From positions 1-64,000 of the IMG/VR virus record IMGVR_UViG_3300026484_000157: a stretch of 64,000 nt of DNA. One strand, 5' to 3'. The notes under the pieces are model-generated. The model saw only the letters and a list, made by a program, of their open reading frames with translations, did no database searches and had not been told where the DNA came from. Position numbers and translations under genes: made by a program. The stretch is from a virus. Below are positions 39,723 to 51,082 of this stretch, piece after piece (positions within the stretch are counted from its first letter, which is position 1; the number at the start of each line of letters is the position of its first letter).

Positions 39723-41780
39723 ATGGCACTTCCATCAGATTTCAACTATTTATTTACTGAGCCTAATCTGGTTAATTCATCTTCTACAATATCTGTTTTT
39801 TATAGGAAAATGTACGGGATTGCATCTGTCCAATCACTAGTGGAATTATACGATTTTGATTGGGGAGATGACTCGGATCCAGAAAGTACCAAGCTAACAA
39901 TATTAGTAGATAATTTAAATTTAATTGTTGAAATTCAGGAATATAGATCAATATTTTTGGACAAGCTTATACCAATATTTCAATCATCAAATATCGAATC
40001 TGATAACAAAAATGAATATATAAAAAATCTGCTTAAAATTGAAAACAGAACTGAACAACAAGATAAAAGACTTACAAGATATTTATTATCAATTTATTAT
40101 GATGCACTCGATCTTAAGCTTATTGATTCATCATTTATAAAAGGATTTATACCATCTAATATAAGAAATGATGAACTGTTTAAACAGGTATCAATATTAT
40201 ACGATTATATAATTCACAAATATGACTTAATTGATTATGATGCCCTTAAAACAGTAACACCTCAACTACTATTAGATATACATAAGTTTAAAGATAACAT
40301 AAATGAGGCAGGGTTATGGCACTGGCAGAATTTTCTAATGAGTCATTCTGCTACGACTAATTTATCTAATATACTTCTCAATACATTGGGGGGAGAAAGT
40401 TACATTTATGAGTCTGTAGATGGATACAATTTGAATGACTCATATATGACGGACTCAAATGGTCGATTCATACTAGATAGACAAAATAATAAGATTAATT
40501 ATCCAAATAGATTATCTGCAGATGGTACTGATGTCAAAATAGCAAGATATGACTTGAAAACTGGTGCTAAATTAGAAATAAACTATCATCAAGAGGTTAG
40601 GGGTGGAAGATCTTCTGCCTTTGATATTGAAACTCCTTTAGCAATAACGGATAAAGAAGAATTAAAATTAACTATTGATATAATGAAGACTTTTAAACCA
40701 TTTGAAGTATTAGGAACTTCAATTAGAAATCCAGAGTCTGCAAGACAAATGATATTATCAGGTGGTAAACAATATCGTACTTCAAAATCAATATTATCTG
40801 GTATACCAGGAGCCAAAGTTAACGGAGTATATGTTGATTTTCGAAGAGTATATTCTGATGTTACTGAACACCCACAACACAAAAGGGTCGAACACGATCA
40901 AAGAACAAGATTCAAATCGACAACAGGCTTAGCAGATAGAAAAGATAAAAACCTCGTTTCCAGAGAATTTATTTACGGCTTCAAATACACTGATGTGACT
41001 CCATCAAAATTTGGAAAACATAGGAATACTCAACACCAAAAATATTTAGAATTGTTCAGACAATTTTCCACTTTGATGTCGGAAAAACAGACAACAATTA
41101 ATGATATTGAAGATGAATCATTTGAGTCATTATCTCAATTAGATGAAATTAACAATTTTTGGTATGAGAAAATTGACAAATCTTTAATAAAATCAGGTTG
41201 GTTTGAAACTAAATTTGTAGATGTACTTAAGGTCAAACCCCACGAGAGAAATTTATATTCTTGGAAGGAATATCATGCATTTATGATGTCATCATATAAA
41301 AATGTGAATGGTGATATGACTCATTGGATTAAGGAGCATAAATGGACTTCTGAGATAATTCTGCCAGATATATTAAAATATCCAGAGTTAATGCCTTTTG
41401 CAGAACCTAAAAAATCAATCGGATCTTTATGGGATCAAAAAGCAGATGATGTGGAACTCGATTCTGATATATATTGGTCGGATTTAATTGATGATCCTAA
41501 GGTCTTAAGAGACAATACGATTCAAGGAGCATATTTTAATCGTATTGGAATGTTCATCCCAACATGGAAAGATTTAGCCGATGGGACATGGGTTGAGGAA
41601 ATTGTTTCATCAAAGATAGATAGTGTTTTCGATATCCCAGTAGTATCAATATCTAAAAAAGCTGATGATATATGGAATAAATCATTCGATGATTTTGCCG
41701 ATGAATTATTAGGTACAAAACTTTATTGGTCTAACCATAAAAGATATATAGATATAATTTACCCTATAAAGGAAAACTAA
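39723..41780 (+). CDS. Putative baseplate wedge protein (gp7-like position)
   Basis: 685 aa following gp6-like; position only. Confidence 0.45.
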   Translation: MALPSDFNYLFTEPNLVNSSSTISVFYRKMYGIASVQSLVELYDFDWGDDSDPESTKLTILVDNLNLIVEIQEYRSIFLDKLIPIFQSSNIESDNKNEYIKNLLKIENRTEQQDKRLTRYLLSIYYDALDLKLIDSSFIKGFIPSNIRNDELFKQVSILYDYIIHKYDLIDYDALKTVTPQLLLDIHKFKDNINEAGLWHWQNFLMSHSATTNLSNILLNTLGGESYIYESVDGYNLNDSYMTDSNGRFILDRQNNKINYPNRLSADGTDVKIARYDLKTGAKLEINYHQEVRGGRSSAFDIETPLAITDKEELKLTIDIMKTFKPFEVLGTSIRNPESARQMILSGGKQYRTSKSILSGIPGAKVNGVYVDFRRVYSDVTEHPQHKRVEHDQRTRFKSTTGLADRKDKNLVSREFIYGFKYTDVTPSKFGKHRNTQHQKYLELFRQFSTLMSEKQTTINDIEDESFESLSQLDEINNFWYEKIDKSLIKSGWFETKFVDVLKVKPHERNLYSWKEYHAFMMSSYKNVNGDMTHWIKEHKWTSEIILPDILKYPELMPFAEPKKSIGSLWDQKADDVELDSDIYWSDLIDDPKVLRDNTIQGAYFNRIGMFIPTWKDLADGTWVEEIVSSKIDSVFDIPVVSISKKADDIWNKSFDDFADELLGTKLYWSNHKRYIDIIYPIKEN

Positions 41781-42388
41781 TGGTTTTTACAACAGACTAT
41801 GATAATATAATGAGAAAAGAGCTTTCGAAATCTTTTGTAGGTTGGTATAAAATACAATCTGGGGTACAAAGACGATTTTATCTTGGGATTGGTGGTAAGC
41901 CAACTGGTTCAAAATATAATTCAAATACAGTGACTCAATGGAAACTAGGAACAGTACCAACTGAACATTCTACTGATAAAATAGAAAATCTTATTGCAAT
42001 GAAATTAATAGACTCAAGAGGATTTGTAAATGCAATATCAGAAATGCAATATCAGCCAGAAAATCCTAGACATATTATAACAAATGATGGTAGATATTGG
42101 GAAATGACAGGATCATCAGATATAAACACTTTTAATGTTTCAGATGATGCAATTACAACAAATATTTATATGAGCTTTAGATTGCATTTGAAAGATCTAC
42201 CAACAAGTGATATTTACCAACTCGGATTATTCATAGACACTGTTCCAAAACCGTCACATCTAAATCAATCATTACTTCTTCCAAATGAAGTACAATCTTT
42301 AGGTAATATGATGACATTTGAAAATTTAAAAGTTATTCAAAGAGACTCATTAGTTAGAGAAGTTTTTGACTTCGTAATAGAATTTTAA
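41780..42388 (+). CDS. Putative baseplate protein (gp8-like)
   Basis: FYLGIG, YQLGL, FEN...IQR...RE.F.FVIEF C-terminus. Confidence 0.55.
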   Translation: MVFTTDYDNIMRKELSKSFVGWYKIQSGVQRRFYLGIGGKPTGSKYNSNTVTQWKLGTVPTEHSTDKIENLIAMKLIDSRGFVNAISEMQYQPENPRHIITNDGRYWEMTGSSDINTFNVSDDAITTNIYMSFRLHLKDLPTSDIYQLGLFIDTVPKPSHLNQSLLLPNEVQSLGNMMTFENLKVIQRDSLVREVFDFVIEF

Positions 42389-42397
42389 GGATAATTA

Positions 42398-45300
42398 ATG
42401 TCACTAATATCAGATAAAATATCGGAAATAGAATTCGACCAACAAATTTACAATAGAGCATTGCTATCGGATAACAGATCTACTTTAGACTCTGAAGGCA
42501 CAATAGATCAAAGAACTCATATAGAAAAGAGTTATAAAAGTATACTGTTTAAAGCAAATACTCCTTTACAATCTGCAGAACTAAATGAATTACAAACAAT
42601 TGTTCTAAATGAAATTAAACAACTATCGGATAAACTATATAAGGGATCTGGGGCATTAATTGATGGTGGAGATATTACAATTGTACAAAAACAATCATTT
42701 GAATTTCCTCATCAACTACCAGGACTAACTTTTAAATCTCCAAGTAACGAGAGTCAGCCTTATCATTTTAGAATTAAGAAACACTTATCAAAAAATAACA
42801 CTCACATTACTTATGATAAGTCTGCTGACAATTCAAATGTTTGGGAAATTAGTTTACCAATTGATGATAATGACAATGTGAGGTGTAAAACCTCGGATTT
42901 ATATGAATTCATATCAACATCAGCAATTGGTGATTATTTGCCACTAACCTCATTGTTAGGAACTGACGACAAGCCAATTAAAAATAGAATAGAGCTACAT
43001 GAACCTTTAGAATTTACCAACAATGTGATAGAAATCAACACTTTTGGCGAGAGCACTATTTACTACGATGGATTCTCAGTAAATGTTTCGCCATTAACTT
43101 CGCCATTATTACACAATGCATATACTCAGGGTGGAGAAGAAAATCAAATCACTGTCGGTATAACAGTAAAAGTTGTTGATATTGATTACAATGATGATCG
43201 ATCACTGTTAGATCCATCTGCAGGTTACAATTATGATAACGATGGTGCACATAGACTCAAAATTCATGGGGTATGGAATATATCACTAGATACTGAAAAT
43301 TCAGATTCATTTTTTGGAGTATGGCTTGTTAAAGGTAACAGAGTTATAAACTCAAACAGAATAGATCCAGAACTAAGAGGTGTAGTTGATGTAGTTGGTC
43401 GATATGACTTTAACTCAAACGGTAACTATGTAATATCAGGACAAGTTCCAGCTATTGATACAAGAAAAACTTATGCACAAGCAAATCTAGATATGAATGG
43501 GCAACCAAATAAAATATTCATGAACATAAGTAAGGGATCTGCTAATATTACAGGTTATAATATTGAATATTCTTATGATCAGCGATTTGATTACGACTCT
43601 GCTTTCAACGAGTCATATATCCTAAACAAGTCATCAAGATATGTAAAAGAAACATTTAAGGGTAACTTTGCAAACTACACTATTCCTGATAATGGATTAT
43701 ATGGAATAAAATCTGTAACTGGTTATAAATATGTAGCCAACAAAGTAATACAACGATCATCTGATCCTGAGATCGATGTTATAACAATTGTAGATAAAGA
43801 TCCAGAGGTATTCTACATTGACTTCATAAGTAATGTAGTAGTAAGTGGAGATACTACTTATACAAGAGGAATTCATTGGGAATTGGATTTTGATTCTAAC
43901 AATGGATATCATATAATAAGATGGATTTCATCTACTAAACCAGAGGAAAACTCATCTTATACTGTTGAAAAGATATTCCATAGATATAGATATAAGTCAG
44001 AAACATCTTATTTAACAATGGGAACATCAATAGATGAAGATGTTAAATTTGTAATATCTGAAGATAGAACCAATCTATTTGTTAATCAATCGTTATTTGG
44101 ATTTGATATAGAAGGAGAATTTAACTACAAGTTAGAATTCAACTATGACATTATCAAGCCAAGAATAGATAGATTAGTCCTTAAAAGATCAGAACTATTT
44201 TCATCTGTGACTGGAGAATATTCAATCATCTATGGTAATGCAGGATATGGTACTGCTCCGTTACCACCAGAAGTTGAAGATTCAGCAACATTATCGTTAG
44301 CAACAGTTTACCTTGAATATGGTAAGCCACCAGTAATAACACAAGATTACTTTAGAACATTTAAGATGTCTGATATTAATAAGCTTTATGAAAGAGTTAA
44401 TAAACTAGAATATGATATATCTAAGAATGCATTAGTTGATCAGGCAAGAGCAGACGGATCAACTTCAAATCTGCAAAACATATTTGTTGATAACTTCAAA
44501 AACACATCAATGATGGATTTAAATCTAATCAAATTGTCAAATGTTCCACAAGTTTCGATCGAGGATGGATCAATAGTACCTCATACAACATGGAGAACTG
44601 ATAACCTGCCAACATCATATAAACAAAGATTCATAAGATTAGATAAATATAAAAATTCTGACAATATAACAATAACAAGAAATGAAATATCACAAACATT
44701 TTATTCTGATACTGAAAGACTGAATTCACTGACTACCTCTGCAGGTAAATCGAGAGAAATAAGCCTTTCAATAACTCCAAAAGATTATAAATGGATATTC
44801 AGAACCGACTCAAGTACTGTTAACAATAGTTGGGCTAGAGATATAGATACAACAACGGATTATAATGAAGCACCTGTGCCTTTACCATCATTAAATGTGA
44901 CAATAACTGCACCAGCTAATTCATTCAGTCCAACAAATCAAATAGTTGGAAATGGTACACCTACTACAACCAAGCTTCAATTATTTATTGAAAATGAAGA
45001 ATATCAATTTTCAACACAGCCTACTGTTAATGCTGATGGATCAATGTCAATTACAATAAATCTTCAAGGATATAACAGTGGTATTAAATCAATACTAGTT
45101 CAAGAAGATATTACTCAGTTCACATCAAATGAAAATGGAGAATATTTAGGAGCATTTGGTATAACCTCATTCACATCACAGCCACAGGTAAGAACGATTA
45201 TTAATTATAATCCACCACCCCCACCACCAAGAAGATATAATCCAGATCCGACTGCACAATCTTTTTATGTGAAAGAGTCTTTCAATTTAGATTCTGTTCA

Positions 45301-46894
45301 GGTATGGTTGGATGCAGAGTCAACTTCAAATTGGAAAAATGGAAACCAACTTACTTTGATGTCATCAATACAAGTTGTATTATGTGAGCTTACAAATGGA
45401 TATCCTGATGTTAAGAAGACATTAACAACTCAAACTATTCCTTTTAATGATGATGGATCTGGGGAATCTTATTCAATAAATGAGGCACAATCGCCATCAT
45501 TTGATAGTAATGGAAGAAGACTAATAGACAGTTCATCTCCTTTTGTAATAAGATTCGATGAGAACATAAAGCTTCAAAATGATACTGATTATGCATTCAT
45601 TTTCGTAACATTACAAACTGAATTAACATTAAAAATTGCTAAGCTCGGTGCACAAGATATTAACACAAACAACTGGATTGTTAAACAACCATATCAACAA
45701 GGTCTTAAGTTCGTAAGTTCGAACTTCATAACATGGACTGCAGTACAAGACACAGATTTATGGTTCAATATAAGCTCATGTCTATTTAAACCTGCTAAAC
45801 AATTAGTATATAATTTAGAGTATACTAATCCAATTCAGATGTCAGATTTCCAATTATTATCAACTGAAAAGTTAGATGTTAATACATCGATCCATAAAAA
45901 GATAGAATTCACTGATAAAACAAATAATAAATTTGAATTTAACATCAATTCGTTTGATCCAATTCAAACTGAAATGATAGAAGTGAAATCAGCAAAAGTA
46001 ACTGTAGATCTTAATGGTACACAATTTCCAACTGGTTATTCTGATAGAGTTGTCAATACACCAATATTTACTAATTCTGTTCAATTATCAACAGCAAAAG
46101 TTGAAGATAAATCAATATATATAACTAAGTCAATAGATAACTGGACAATTCAGAACGATCTAAATTTATATATGAATATTAAGAATTTTAGAAAAGGGAC
46201 TCAATTATCTGGTCGTAATGTTCGAGCTTATTACTCATTAACTGGTGGAATGACATGGAATGAACTAATTAAAGTAGAAAATATATTAGGTAATGCAGAT
46301 GAGAACAAATTCTCAATTGACCATAAAAGAATTAGTACTAGATTGAGATTTCCAAATAAAGATAATATATCTGGATCGGAACTATTCCAAATAATAGCTT
46401 ATAATTATAACGATGGGAATGCTTATGTATTTCATATAACTACCTCAAACGAGAGTACATACAGTGATTCTAATAACTACATAAGGAACATTAAAGTTAA
46501 TGTGGCAGGTGCATCAAATTTATCAGAGATGACTAGCATTATAAATAATTCAATAACATCTTGTGGTTTCATAGTTACAAATAAGGCAGATGGAGACATT
46601 ACTTTTGAATCAGATATTGATGGACATCACATTTACAATTCTGCTCAAAACTCTAATATAACAACTGAAAATTTATATCACAACAGAATAATCAACACAG
46701 CATCCAATTCTGTTTCGGTTGATGTATCAATAATAGATACATCAACTAGTGTTAAAAACAATATAAATTTCCTGAATGGTTTCAGCCCACGATTGAAAAT
46801 TGAATTATATGTCCTTGACAATGAAAAATTGACAAGACCAGAGGTTTTAGACCTTAGAGCAATAACAAAAACAGCACATGAAAGTTACATATAG
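42398..46894 (+). CDS. Large baseplate/fibre-attachment protein (DUF4815-like)
   Basis: ILFK..PLQSAELNELQ, L.DP..G.NY...GAHRLK, GNYV..G, FVDNF, DPTAQSF. Confidence 0.75.
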   Translation: MSLISDKISEIEFDQQIYNRALLSDNRSTLDSEGTIDQRTHIEKSYKSILFKANTPLQSAELNELQTIVLNEIKQLSDKLYKGSGALIDGGDITIVQKQSFEFPHQLPGLTFKSPSNESQPYHFRIKKHLSKNNTHITYDKSADNSNVWEISLPIDDNDNVRCKTSDLYEFISTSAIGDYLPLTSLLGTDDKPIKNRIELHEPLEFTNNVIEINTFGESTIYYDGFSVNVSPLTSPLLHNAYTQGGEENQITVGITVKVVDIDYNDDRSLLDPSAGYNYDNDGAHRLKIHGVWNISLDTENSDSFFGVWLVKGNRVINSNRIDPELRGVVDVVGRYDFNSNGNYVISGQVPAIDTRKTYAQANLDMNGQPNKIFMNISKGSANITGYNIEYSYDQRFDYDSAFNESYILNKSSRYVKETFKGNFANYTIPDNGLYGIKSVTGYKYVANKVIQRSSDPEIDVITIVDKDPEVFYIDFISNVVVSGDTTYTRGIHWELDFDSNNGYHIIRWISSTKPEENSSYTVEKIFHRYRYKSETSYLTMGTSIDEDVKFVISEDRTNLFVNQSLFGFDIEGEFNYKLEFNYDIIKPRIDRLVLKRSELFSSVTGEYSIIYGNAGYGTAPLPPEVEDSATLSLATVYLEYGKPPVITQDYFRTFKMSDINKLYERVNKLEYDISKNALVDQARADGSTSNLQNIFVDNFKNTSMMDLNLIKLSNVPQVSIEDGSIVPHTTWRTDNLPTSYKQRFIRLDKYKNSDNITITRNEISQTFYSDTERLNSLTTSAGKSREISLSITPKDYKWIFRTDSSTVNNSWARDIDTTTDYNEAPVPLPSLNVTITAPANSFSPTNQIVGNGTPTTTKLQLFIENEEYQFSTQPTVNADGSMSITINLQGYNSGIKSILVQEDITQFTSNENGEYLGAFGITSFTSQPQVRTIINYNPPPPPPRRYNPDPTAQSFYVKESFNLDSVQVWLDAESTSNWKNGNQLTLMSSIQVVLCELTNGYPDVKKTLTTQTIPFNDDGSGESYSINEAQSPSFDSNGRRLIDSSSPFVIRFDENIKLQNDTDYAFIFVTLQTELTLKIAKLGAQDINTNNWIVKQPYQQGLKFVSSNFITWTAVQDTDLWFNISSCLFKPAKQLVYNLEYTNPIQMSDFQLLSTEKLDVNTSIHKKIEFTDKTNNKFEFNINSFDPIQTEMIEVKSAKVTVDLNGTQFPTGYSDRVVNTPIFTNSVQLSTAKVEDKSIYITKSIDNWTIQNDLNLYMNIKNFRKGTQLSGRNVRAYYSLTGGMTWNELIKVENILGNADENKFSIDHKRISTRLRFPNKDNISGSELFQIIAYNYNDGNAYVFHITTSNESTYSDSNNYIRNIKVNVAGASNLSEMTSIINNSITSCGFIVTNKADGDITFESDIDGHHIYNSAQNSNITTENLYHNRIINTASNSVSVDVSIIDTSTSVKNNINFLNGFSPRLKIELYVLDNEKLTRPEVLDLRAITKTAHESYI

Positions 46895-46903
46895 GAGACA
46901 TTG

Positions 46904-48388
46904 ATGGCAACAGCAACACATAACAACCCAGAAATGGGTTTGGCAATAGTACAAAAATCAGATACTGTCGGAACTATCATAACAACATACAATTCCGACA
47001 TAGAGATAGTTGCCAGTAGACTTGCTAATTATCTTGGAAGAATTCAATCTGTTGAACAATTTATAGATTCTGAAACTGATTTTATCACATTATATGGTAC
47101 AAATAAGAATGTATATACACTTAAGAAAGCATTATCTGAAATAGACAGTAGAATTTCTTCGGCAAATACAGACATAATTAAGGTTAACAATTTAATTACT
47201 GATGTTAAAGATTATATCGATAAAGAAGGATTCGGTAAACTATTAACTCAATATATGGAATATAAAGATTCATTGCTTGGTTACAAGAATCAACTTAAAT
47301 CTGATGTCTATGAAGAATTAGAAGAGAAATTTGTAAAAGAATTCACTCAAGCATTTGAAAGACTAGATGATAAGATGACATTTTTAAAATCATATGTAGT
47401 TATGGTTGAACAAATGAGAACAGATATCCTAGTAATGAGAGGGCAAGTCGAAATACAAAAGTCTGATTCACTGACTGCAATAGCTAGTGCAATGTCATCA
47501 ACTATCACAGAAATCAAAGAGGCTTCTGAGGAAGCTATAGACAATGTAGAAGACTTAGTAAGTGAAACTGCTACGATTTACAATTGGATAAAAGATACTG
47601 CTAAACCAGAGATTGATAAGATTAATGATGAAATTGGAGATTATAAAATTGCATACCATACAAATAACATGGTGGCTCAGGCAGCAGCAATTTCATCAAA
47701 CATTGCCAAGATGTATCTACAAGAAGGCACTGAGCAATATCTAAATGAAAAACAGGATTTAGTATTACTAGCAGAAAGTAAACAAGATCAACTTTCAGCT
47801 TTCACATCTACTAAAATCGATGAGATGATCGAAATCAAAAAAGATACAGAGTCATTAAAAAATTCAACAGAAGATACTTCTAATAGAATAAAATCTGATG
47901 TAGTAGTAGTTAAATCACATTCTGCCCAAATATTAGCAGAATTAGCATGGCAACAACAAGTTACTGAGAATTTTATCGACGGTAAATCAGATTTTGATAA
48001 TACAAGAGAATTTGTTCAAAATCAATTGGATTCAGATAGAGATTTTATGAAATTGGCTAAAATTCAATCTGCCCAAATGTTAGAAGATGCTAAGATAATG
48101 ACTATGGTATCTTTTCAAAATAGAATACTATGGGAAGTTAACAAAACACTTACAGATATAACAAGAAAAACTCTCAATGAAGAATTTGTTGCATTTGTGG
48201 ACTCTCAAAAGGCAGAATTGAAAGAATTTGAAACTACTCAGGCACAAGAGCAAAAAGAATTCATACAAGATGCAAAAATTGAAAATAAATATGCTAAATT
48301 ATTAGCCAACATAACACAAGCTGAAACTAAGATAACTAGACTTTATGCAATCGATTCTAGACTTATATCAATGGTTTATGCAAACTAG
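46904..48388 (+). CDS. Long coiled-coil virion protein
   Basis: Extended heptad pattern; AGGAG RBS. Confidence 0.6.
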   Translation: MATATHNNPEMGLAIVQKSDTVGTIITTYNSDIEIVASRLANYLGRIQSVEQFIDSETDFITLYGTNKNVYTLKKALSEIDSRISSANTDIIKVNNLITDVKDYIDKEGFGKLLTQYMEYKDSLLGYKNQLKSDVYEELEEKFVKEFTQAFERLDDKMTFLKSYVVMVEQMRTDILVMRGQVEIQKSDSLTAIASAMSSTITEIKEASEEAIDNVEDLVSETATIYNWIKDTAKPEIDKINDEIGDYKIAYHTNNMVAQAAAISSNIAKMYLQEGTEQYLNEKQDLVLLAESKQDQLSAFTSTKIDEMIEIKKDTESLKNSTEDTSNRIKSDVVVVKSHSAQILAELAWQQQVTENFIDGKSDFDNTREFVQNQLDSDRDFMKLAKIQSAQMLEDAKIMTMVSFQNRILWEVNKTLTDITRKTLNEEFVAFVDSQKAELKEFETTQAQEQKEFIQDAKIENKYAKLLANITQAETKITRLYAIDSRLISMVYAN

Positions 48389-48405
48389 ACAAAAAGGAAT
48401 CAATA

Positions 48406-48963
48406 ATGATAAATAGACATTCAATCAAAGGTGGTGGCAAATTTGCTTTTAGTCAATCATCTGCTAAAATAACTGATATCATAATGTTAAATGATAATGG
48501 ATCATCTGACATTACTGTTTCAATAAACATATTAGACAGTGAAGGTGAGGTAACATCTAAAATTGTTAAGGATCTAGTGGTTGAAGCAGGTAAGACTGTT
48601 GATGCTCTTAAAGATAAAGATGGCAAAGATCTGAATGTGACATTCAGACAAAACGAGCAAATCCAAATAGATACTTCAGCGACTGGTTTATTTACAAATA
48701 TATCATTCTTTGAAGAACTGGTTGCCCTTAACTATGGTATCATTAAGTCAAGAATTTCTTATATTGGTGATGGAGAAGAGACAGAATTTTGGACTCCAGA
48801 GGCTAATAGACCACTAAATGATCCATCTGAATGTCTTGTGTTTCTTGAAGGTATAGAGCAAACTAAAGGTGTAATTTGGGATCTAAATGACACAAGAGAA
48901 AAGGTTGTTTTTGGAACAGCACCATTAGATGGTCTTAGAATAGAAATTAGAACAATAAAATAA
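48406..48963 (+). CDS. Virion structural protein (two small beta domains)
   Basis: GDGEETEF..VFLEGIEQ..VVFGTAP..G.RIEIR repeat-type domain. Confidence 0.6.
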   Translation: MINRHSIKGGGKFAFSQSSAKITDIIMLNDNGSSDITVSINILDSEGEVTSKIVKDLVVEAGKTVDALKDKDGKDLNVTFRQNEQIQIDTSATGLFTNISFFEELVALNYGIIKSRISYIGDGEETEFWTPEANRPLNDPSECLVFLEGIEQTKGVIWDLNDTREKVVFGTAPLDGLRIEIRTIK

Positions 48964-48973
48964 AAAGGATCAT

Positions 48974-49189
48974 ATGATGGTAAGAAATGGAAGAGAAATA
49001 ATCCCAAATGAAATGATTGAAGAGCCTACACAATTTGTAGCAAACAGATCATCTAAAGTTGAAGGATGGAAGGGATTCTATGTTTATTGTGAAGACACTG
49101 AAGATTTATTCCTTTTTAAAGAAGATGTTGGAACAAAACAACAGGTAGAATCTCTTTATGTATCAAAAAAACTTATAAAAATCTCATAA
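48974..49189 (+). CDS. Hypothetical protein
   Basis: AAGGA RBS, 71 aa. Confidence 0.55.
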   Translation: MMVRNGREIIPNEMIEEPTQFVANRSSKVEGWKGFYVYCEDTEDLFLFKEDVGTKQQVESLYVSKKLIKIS

Positions 49190-49202
49190 GTAGGTAACCA
49201 AA

Positions 49203-50993
49203 ATGGATAATAAATTAGAAAAGAGACTAGCAAATATCACTGATTTAATCACTCAGGTTAATCATAAAATTGGTGATGTTCAAGCAGCACAAGATGATCA
49301 ACTTAGAAGAGATATGCAAGGTCACCACAATGGAGAAGGATACAAAACTCCTTTCATTCAACAATCTGAATTTGCATGGTATAATCAAATGTCAATGTTT
49401 GAAATGCATGCAAATATATTCAGATCAATGGGATCATCAGGGATGATTAATGCTAGGGATTATTCTTATGCACAACCAGGCAATCCTGCAACTAGAAGAT
49501 TCTCAATGGGATATGGTGCACTTGGTATGCATAATCATCCAAATTATCACAATATGCCAGGATCAGCTGAGTGGAGTCTTATTGTCAATGGTTATGCATT
49601 TCAAACTAGACACAACGATTACAGAATGGCTTATCCACTTAATACAGGTAAGGGAACATCTGCTTATAGACATGTAGAACCACCTAAAAAAGAATATGGG
49701 TCATTATCTAAAGATTCTGATGGTAACATTATTGGTGGTGCAGGATTAGAGGGAATGCAAAAGGTATTCGAGGATCATCCAGAAGACTGTATATATCATA
49801 TGACTTATTTAAATGTTTGGTTTGAGGAATTTCATCAAGATAGAGTAGATGAGAATGCATCTTTCAGACATCAAATCTCAGGAGATAATACTAGAGAAAT
49901 TTTTGAAAGATCAATGAGATTCATATTCTCAGGTCAAAAGGCAAGACTAGAAAATATTCCTTTTGAACCTTTAGTTCTAAAAACTGTCGATGATAATGGA
50001 GTTCCAAGATTCACACAGCTTAAATATAGAATTTATTCTGTTCCAGTTGCTCATATGGGAACTGGTGATAAAGATTACACATTGCCTGATGGAACTGTAA
50101 CGACTTTGAAAGGTCTGCCTTTTGATGAAGATAAAGCTATTAAAGGCTTAATAGATTCTTCAAATAAATTCATAATGCTCTCAGACGAAATTTCCAAGAA
50201 TGGAATGCCAAGACCTAGATCATCTTTTAAAAGGTCAAGTCAGGCAAGATTTAGATTAGCAGATGGAATTTTAGAAGAACTTATGAATAAATGTCCATCA
50301 ATAGATGGTTATGGTGCAAATATCACAGAGCAATATTTTGATGATGATTCTGTTTATTTCGATAAAAATATGGCATACTTCAGCCATTTTTATGGAATGG
50401 GAAGTTCAGATGCATCCAATAGATCAAAGGCTTCAAGATCATTTAATGATCAGAATTTATTTGTTGCAATGTCAAATAATCCTAAAGTAGTTGGTGCATT
50501 CGATGCATCAGGTGTGAACAAAGGTGGATATATATTTGGAGTTCCAATGGAATTAGTACTTTTAACACCTAGACAATCATGGAATCCTTATGGAATAAAA
50601 GAGATAACATATTCTCAAAGAAATATCGAATATAACGATAAATCTTATGGTGTTAAAGATAAGCCATTCTCAGGATCACATATTAACGGTCTTAACTATA
50701 AGCTTCCTTATGCAACATATTTAGAAACGAGCAATGATGGGACAGATGCAGCAGATACATCAGCCTTGACTAATGGCAAGTATTTCATCAATGACTCATC
50801 AGGAATTCCGAGAAGATGTGCACCATCAGGTGTAAATATAATCACTCCTGATGGATATAGACAAAGATTTCCAATCTATTCAAGTTTTCATGATTTCACA
50901 AGAGGTATGACAGAAGCTGAGAAGATTAAAAAAGTGTTAGTAAAATTTGCTAAAGGCGAACTAACACCAGAAGAACTAGAGGATTTACTCTAG
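49203..50993 (+). CDS. Uncharacterised 596-aa protein (HNH.N / RHNDY family) in the fibre region
   Basis: Long ORF with N-terminal coiled coil and conserved-looking His-rich motifs; see findings. Confidence 0.65.
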   Translation: MDNKLEKRLANITDLITQVNHKIGDVQAAQDDQLRRDMQGHHNGEGYKTPFIQQSEFAWYNQMSMFEMHANIFRSMGSSGMINARDYSYAQPGNPATRRFSMGYGALGMHNHPNYHNMPGSAEWSLIVNGYAFQTRHNDYRMAYPLNTGKGTSAYRHVEPPKKEYGSLSKDSDGNIIGGAGLEGMQKVFEDHPEDCIYHMTYLNVWFEEFHQDRVDENASFRHQISGDNTREIFERSMRFIFSGQKARLENIPFEPLVLKTVDDNGVPRFTQLKYRIYSVPVAHMGTGDKDYTLPDGTVTTLKGLPFDEDKAIKGLIDSSNKFIMLSDEISKNGMPRPRSSFKRSSQARFRLADGILEELMNKCPSIDGYGANITEQYFDDDSVYFDKNMAYFSHFYGMGSSDASNRSKASRSFNDQNLFVAMSNNPKVVGAFDASGVNKGGYIFGVPMELVLLTPRQSWNPYGIKEITYSQRNIEYNDKSYGVKDKPFSGSHINGLNYKLPYATYLETSNDGTDAADTSALTNGKYFINDSSGIPRRCAPSGVNIITPDGYRQRFPIYSSFHDFTRGMTEAEKIKKVLVKFAKGELTPEELEDLL

Positions 50994-51082
50994 AGGTTTT
51001 GGTTGTTATTAGTTCAGATGATTTGCAGGTCGGTGGTGGTTTAGAGCAAATCAAAAACAAATTAAAAACAAGGATATAAACT

